From Malacoraja senta (lineage: Eukaryota), in contig CM075990.1 in the NCBI GenBank assembly GCA_038087875.1, forward strand, positions 248,001-312,000: a stretch of 64,000 bases of DNA, written 5' to 3'. Below the pieces are notes generated by a model. The model saw only the letters and a list, made by a program, of their open reading frames with translations. It searched no databases and was not told where the DNA came from. How positions within the stretch are numbered: the stretch's first letter is position 1; every line of letters starts with the position of its first letter. The position numbers were made by a program, and so were the translations under genes. Positions 59,741 through 64,000 of the stretch are shown here, in pieces.

Positions 59741-60367
59741 TGAGTTACAGCTGGAGAGAGACACACACATACATACATCTCCCATCATCTGGCACAGTTT
59801 ATACAAAAATCAAGGTAAATAAAGATTGTGACAGTTCACTAGCTGTTCAAAATAATTCTTAATCTAAAACGATAAAGCATTGCCAATCTGTTTTGCAAAA
59901 GCTGTTGTGAATCTTTTAAACTTAATTTCTTCTAAATCTTGCCAATTTATTTTGAGATTTTGAAACTACTGAATAAAATTGGATACACTTTGCAATCATG
60001 AACATTGCTGTTGTATTTGGCACATTAGCAACATTCAGTAATTTAAACAAGCGTTTATAATGTGAAGCAATCTTGCAAGGTTTTGTAATTTGATTTTTTG
60101 TAAACAGTATGATTTGATCCATTGCTTTTGGGGATGTTTCTATTCCCATCGATTACTTGCTTACACAAGTGTTGACTTTGGCATCTGTTCCACTGTTAAA
60201 ACGCTGCAGCAAAGATTTGTGCCAAGAGTTTCGCTTCCCAGTAAATGGGGAGTTTAGAGGAATTATATGTTGGAAGGCATTCGAGGATGTGGATGGGAAG
60301 GGATTGGATAAGGGAGGGGACAAGAGAGGGTCGATGTATGGGGAGATGAATTCAGTATTCTGTGGAT

Positions 60368-62210
60368 ACATAGAAAACATCGAAAATAGGTGCAGGAGGA
60401 GGCCATTCGGCCCTTCGAGCCAGCGCCGCCATTCAATATTGTTATAGAAAATAGGTGCAGGAGGAGGCCATTCGGCCCTTCGAGCCAACAGATGTTATGG
60501 CTGATCATCCAAAATCAGTACCCTGTTCCGGCTTTTTCCTCACACCCCTTGATTCCCTCAGCCCTAAGAACTAAATCTAACTACAATACAATAGGTGGAT
60601 ACAACAGGTCAATAGGATATAATAGAGCAAACCTTTCAAACCCTGTTTATTAATTGTGGGTAGGTGATAGAAACAGGTTGTGCAGGATTGGGGAACTATC
60701 AGGTTGAAACTGGTCAGAACAGTACAGTACAGATCCTTTGGCACAAAATGCCTGTGCCAAACATGATGCCAAGAGCATCTTGTATATACCTGTACATAAT
60801 CCATATCACTCCATTCCCTGCATATCCATATGGTTATCCATAAAGCATTTAACTGCCACTATAACGTTTGCCTCAAACATCAACCCTGAACGCATGTTCC
60901 AGACACTCAACACCCTCTATTTTAAAAAGTCGCTCAGCACATCTACTTTAAAGTTTTCCCCTCTCATATTAAGTATTTTCCACTCTAGTATTTGACATTT
61001 CCATCATGGGGAAAAGGTTCTGACTGTCTACCCTATCTATGCCTCACATAAGTTAACATACTTCCATCCGGTCTCCCTGCAACCTCCAACATTCCAGAGA
61101 TGTAATGCTCAGGCTGGAGATGTACTGCTGAGGCTCTATAAGGTGCTGGTCAGGCCACATTTGGAGTACTGTGAGCAAATTTGGGTCCAATATCTGAGGA
61201 AGGATGTGCTGGCCCTGTAGAGGGTCCAGAGGAGGTTTACAAGAATGATTCCAGGAATGAGTGGGTTAGCATATGACAGCATTAGGCCTCTACTCACTGG
61301 AATTTTGAAGGTTGAGGGGGGACCTCATTGAAACTTACAGAATGATGAAAGGCATAGATAGAGTGGATGTAGAAAGTATGTTTCCACTGGTGGGAGAGTC
61401 CAGGACCAGAGGTCATAGTCTCAGAATTAAAGGGCGCTCTTTTAGAAAGGAGGTGAGGAGGAACTTCTTTAGTCAGAGGATAGTTAATCTGTGGAACTCA
61501 TTGCCACAGAGGTCTGTGGAGGCCAAGTCAGTGGATATTTTTAAGGCAGAGAGACAAATTCTTGGTTAGAACGGGTGTCAAAAGTTATGGGGAGAAGGCT
61601 GGAAATTGGGATTAGGAGGCAGAGATCAGCCATGATTGAATGGCAGAGTAGATGGGCCAAGTGGCCTAATTCTACTCCTATAACTTGTGAACGAGAACTT
61701 GTGAAAACAATCAACCTCAGAGTTTTAGCTATGCTCCCTGTAGCTAAAAGCCCCTAAACTAGGCATCATTCTGGTAAAACTCCTCTACATCAAAGCCTCC
61801 ACATCCTTCTTGTAACGGGCAACCAGAACTGCATGAAATATTCCAAATGCAGCCAAAACAATGTCCAATAAAGCTGCATCATGACTTCCTGACCATTATC
61901 CTCAATTCGCCGACCTATCAAATTAATCATATCATAATCATATGCATTCTTTACCACTCTACCTACTTGTGCTGCCACTTTCAGGGAGTTATGGAGCCCA
62001 AGAACCCCCTTTATATCATGCCAAATTAATTGTATATTTTTCCCTGACATTTGACCATCCAAAGTGCAACATCTCAGATTCAACTACATATGCCACTTCC
62101 CCACCCATTTTAGTAGCTGATCTATATCCCACTGTATACCTTAACAGCTTTCCTCGCAGTCTGTGATCCAGCGATCTTAGTATCATATGTAAACTTACTA
62201 ACCAAGCCAA
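60368..62210. mobile_element. Cluster of CR1 3' fragments in both orientations
   Basis: RGDLIETY..RTRGHSL (61312-61569, +) and RT remnants on the minus strand (61790-62210), with CR1 3' UTRs. Confidence 0.75.
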
Positions 62211-62308
62211 TACATATCAATAAAAAGAAGATAGACACAAAGAACTGGAGTCAAGCAGAGGGACTCACTGAGTTACTACAGCTTTTTGTGTCTATGGTTT
62301 AAACCAGC

Positions 62309-62401
62309 AAAAAAAAAAAAAAAAAAAAAAATACACACACACACACACGCACACACGCGCGCACGCGCGCGCGCACGCACGCACGCACGCACGCACGCGC
62401 G

Positions 62402-62441
<40 letters not shown>

Positions 62442-62443
62442 AA
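62309..62443. repeat. poly(A) plus (AC)n/(GCAC)n microsatellite
   Basis: Directly visible. Confidence 0.95.
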
Positions 62444-63152
62444 ATTCCTGTCATGTATAAAACCATGCTGATTGTCCTCTATTAACCCATTCTCTTCCAA
62501 AAGGGGGTAAATCCTACCCCATAGAATTCTCTTAATTTATCTCTCATCAAAACATTGGTACATGCCATTTTTGAACTTAGATCAACTGGTCTTTAAATGA
62601 CACCCACAATTCCGATGTGGACTTAATGGCACTGTCTCATGGTGCGAGTGCACCCACGAGTGATCCCGAATGAAAGTAAACATCAAACTCGTGGTTGTCT
62701 ATGAGGTTCCAAGTTTATGTTCACGAGATTAAACGAGTTCCCACATGTATGTCTAAGTTTGCCGTTTACTTCTCATTTCTGCGATGTACCAAGTTCCTCA
62801 CCCGAGTTACTCTTGAGCCAACAACGACTACCGACATGTGGAAAAATCATCACATGGTAAAAATGATGTCATGCAGTTGTTTTTTTTCACTTTAAAAAGA
62901 CCCAGCTTGAAGAACGATCTCGACCCGAAACATCACCTATTTCTTTTCTCCAGAGATGCTGCCTGACCAGCTGAGTTAGTCCATCATTTTGTGTCTATCT
63001 TTGATTTAAACTAGTATCTGCAATTCCTTCCTTCAAACTTTTAGAGCAGTTTGTTTCAAGAAACAATCCTTCCAAAATTGCATTCAAAAGCCCATTTTGA
63101 ACTGCATTTGTTCAAGGTCTGGCATCAATCATTGAAAGGCATAAGCTGTTTT

Positions 63153-63358
63153 GTGTCGGGAGGAACTGCAGATGCTGGTTTACACCGAAGATAGACACAA
63201 AATGCTGGAGTAACTCTGCGGTACAAGCAGCATTTCTGGAGAGAAGGAATGGGTGACGTTTCTGGTCGAGTCCCTTCTTCAGACTGAAGAAAACGTTTCG
63301 ACCCTTCTCTCCAGAGATGCTGCCGGCTTGGCTGAGTTACTCCAGCTTTTTGTGTCTA
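63153..63358. mobile_element. Penelope-derived foldback element
   Basis: Inverted arms; minus-strand hammerhead-like core at about 63255-63282. Confidence 0.75.
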
Positions 63359-64000
63359 GTAAGATGGTTTTATTCCCTTAATTTATCTCTCATCAAAACG
63401 TTGGTAAACTTCTAACAAAAAGATTAGGTAAATTGAACATTAACGTTATTTTTCCCCCCGACAGGAAGGTCCGTAGACCAGAGGGATAGCAGTGTGTCTC
63501 TCTACTCACCCAGTATGTCCGTCAGAGCAGCCGTCCCACCGTTGCGACTTAAACTGTATAAAAAGCAGCAGCTCAAAACATTGCTGATTGGGCAGATCTG
63601 CCCAGAAACCACCCCTTTCACACTCACCCCAGCCCTGGGAAACAGTTTTCAGAGCCCTACAGTCACCCCAGCCTGCCCGCGAACCTCTGAATGAAAGACA
63701 AAGCTCAGATGTTCTCTTCAGCAGTGGCGTCCCAGAGTTTCCCAGTGCCTGGCCCAAGTTTCAATTTAAACTCGGGTAAACTGAGTTTTTATTAAAAACC
63801 CGAATACAATTGGCCCTTAATTGTAAATATGAGAATGTTTTCCTATATTGTACGTTAGACTATCATCCGGTGTAGATACCATAATTTATTGGAAAAATAT
63901 GAACACACGAACACAGGGGTTAGTTAAAAATTGGAGTCATATCCCATCTACATCTCACACTCTCTTGCTGTGTTTCTAAGAAATGTCATTAAGGACTTAT

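Noticed and set aside
62531..63407. 30-bp direct repeat (CTTAATTTATCTCTCATCAAAAC..TTGGTA) about 850 bp apart
   Set aside because: The interior is a mix of decayed MITE and Penelope pieces, so no coherent element can be defined.

Overview
This is a eukaryotic, almost certainly vertebrate, window made almost entirely of transposable elements. HE1/V-SINE-like tRNA SINEs and CR1 copies with (CTATGTTT)n tails suggest a cartilaginous fish such as a skate or ray (inference). I could not support any host protein-coding exon. Main contents: two DIRS1-type tyrosine-recombinase retrotransposons with complete terminal/ICR architecture (753-5638, 33056-37728); two young CR1 LINEs plus many CR1 and Rex1/Babar fragments; a HERO-like (R2-group) LINE; a deleted gamma/epsilon-like endogenous retrovirus with both LTRs, tRNA-Ser PBS, PPT and env remnant (42361-48133), nested in a shattered Gypsy pol that also holds a solo LTR; Penelope GIY-YIG remnants with many hammerhead-motif foldback derivatives; Harbinger-like MITEs; and two hAT-like families with unusual 7-bp and 5-bp TSDs. 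The most striking observation is a 136-bp retroposed element at 20303-20438 (minus strand, perfect 14-bp TSD, AAG tail). Its first 54 nt fold by hand into a complete minimal HDV-like self-cleaving ribozyme starting exactly at the element's 5' end, suggesting a ribozyme-headed SINE-like family. All calls come from reading the sequence by eye; no searches were run.
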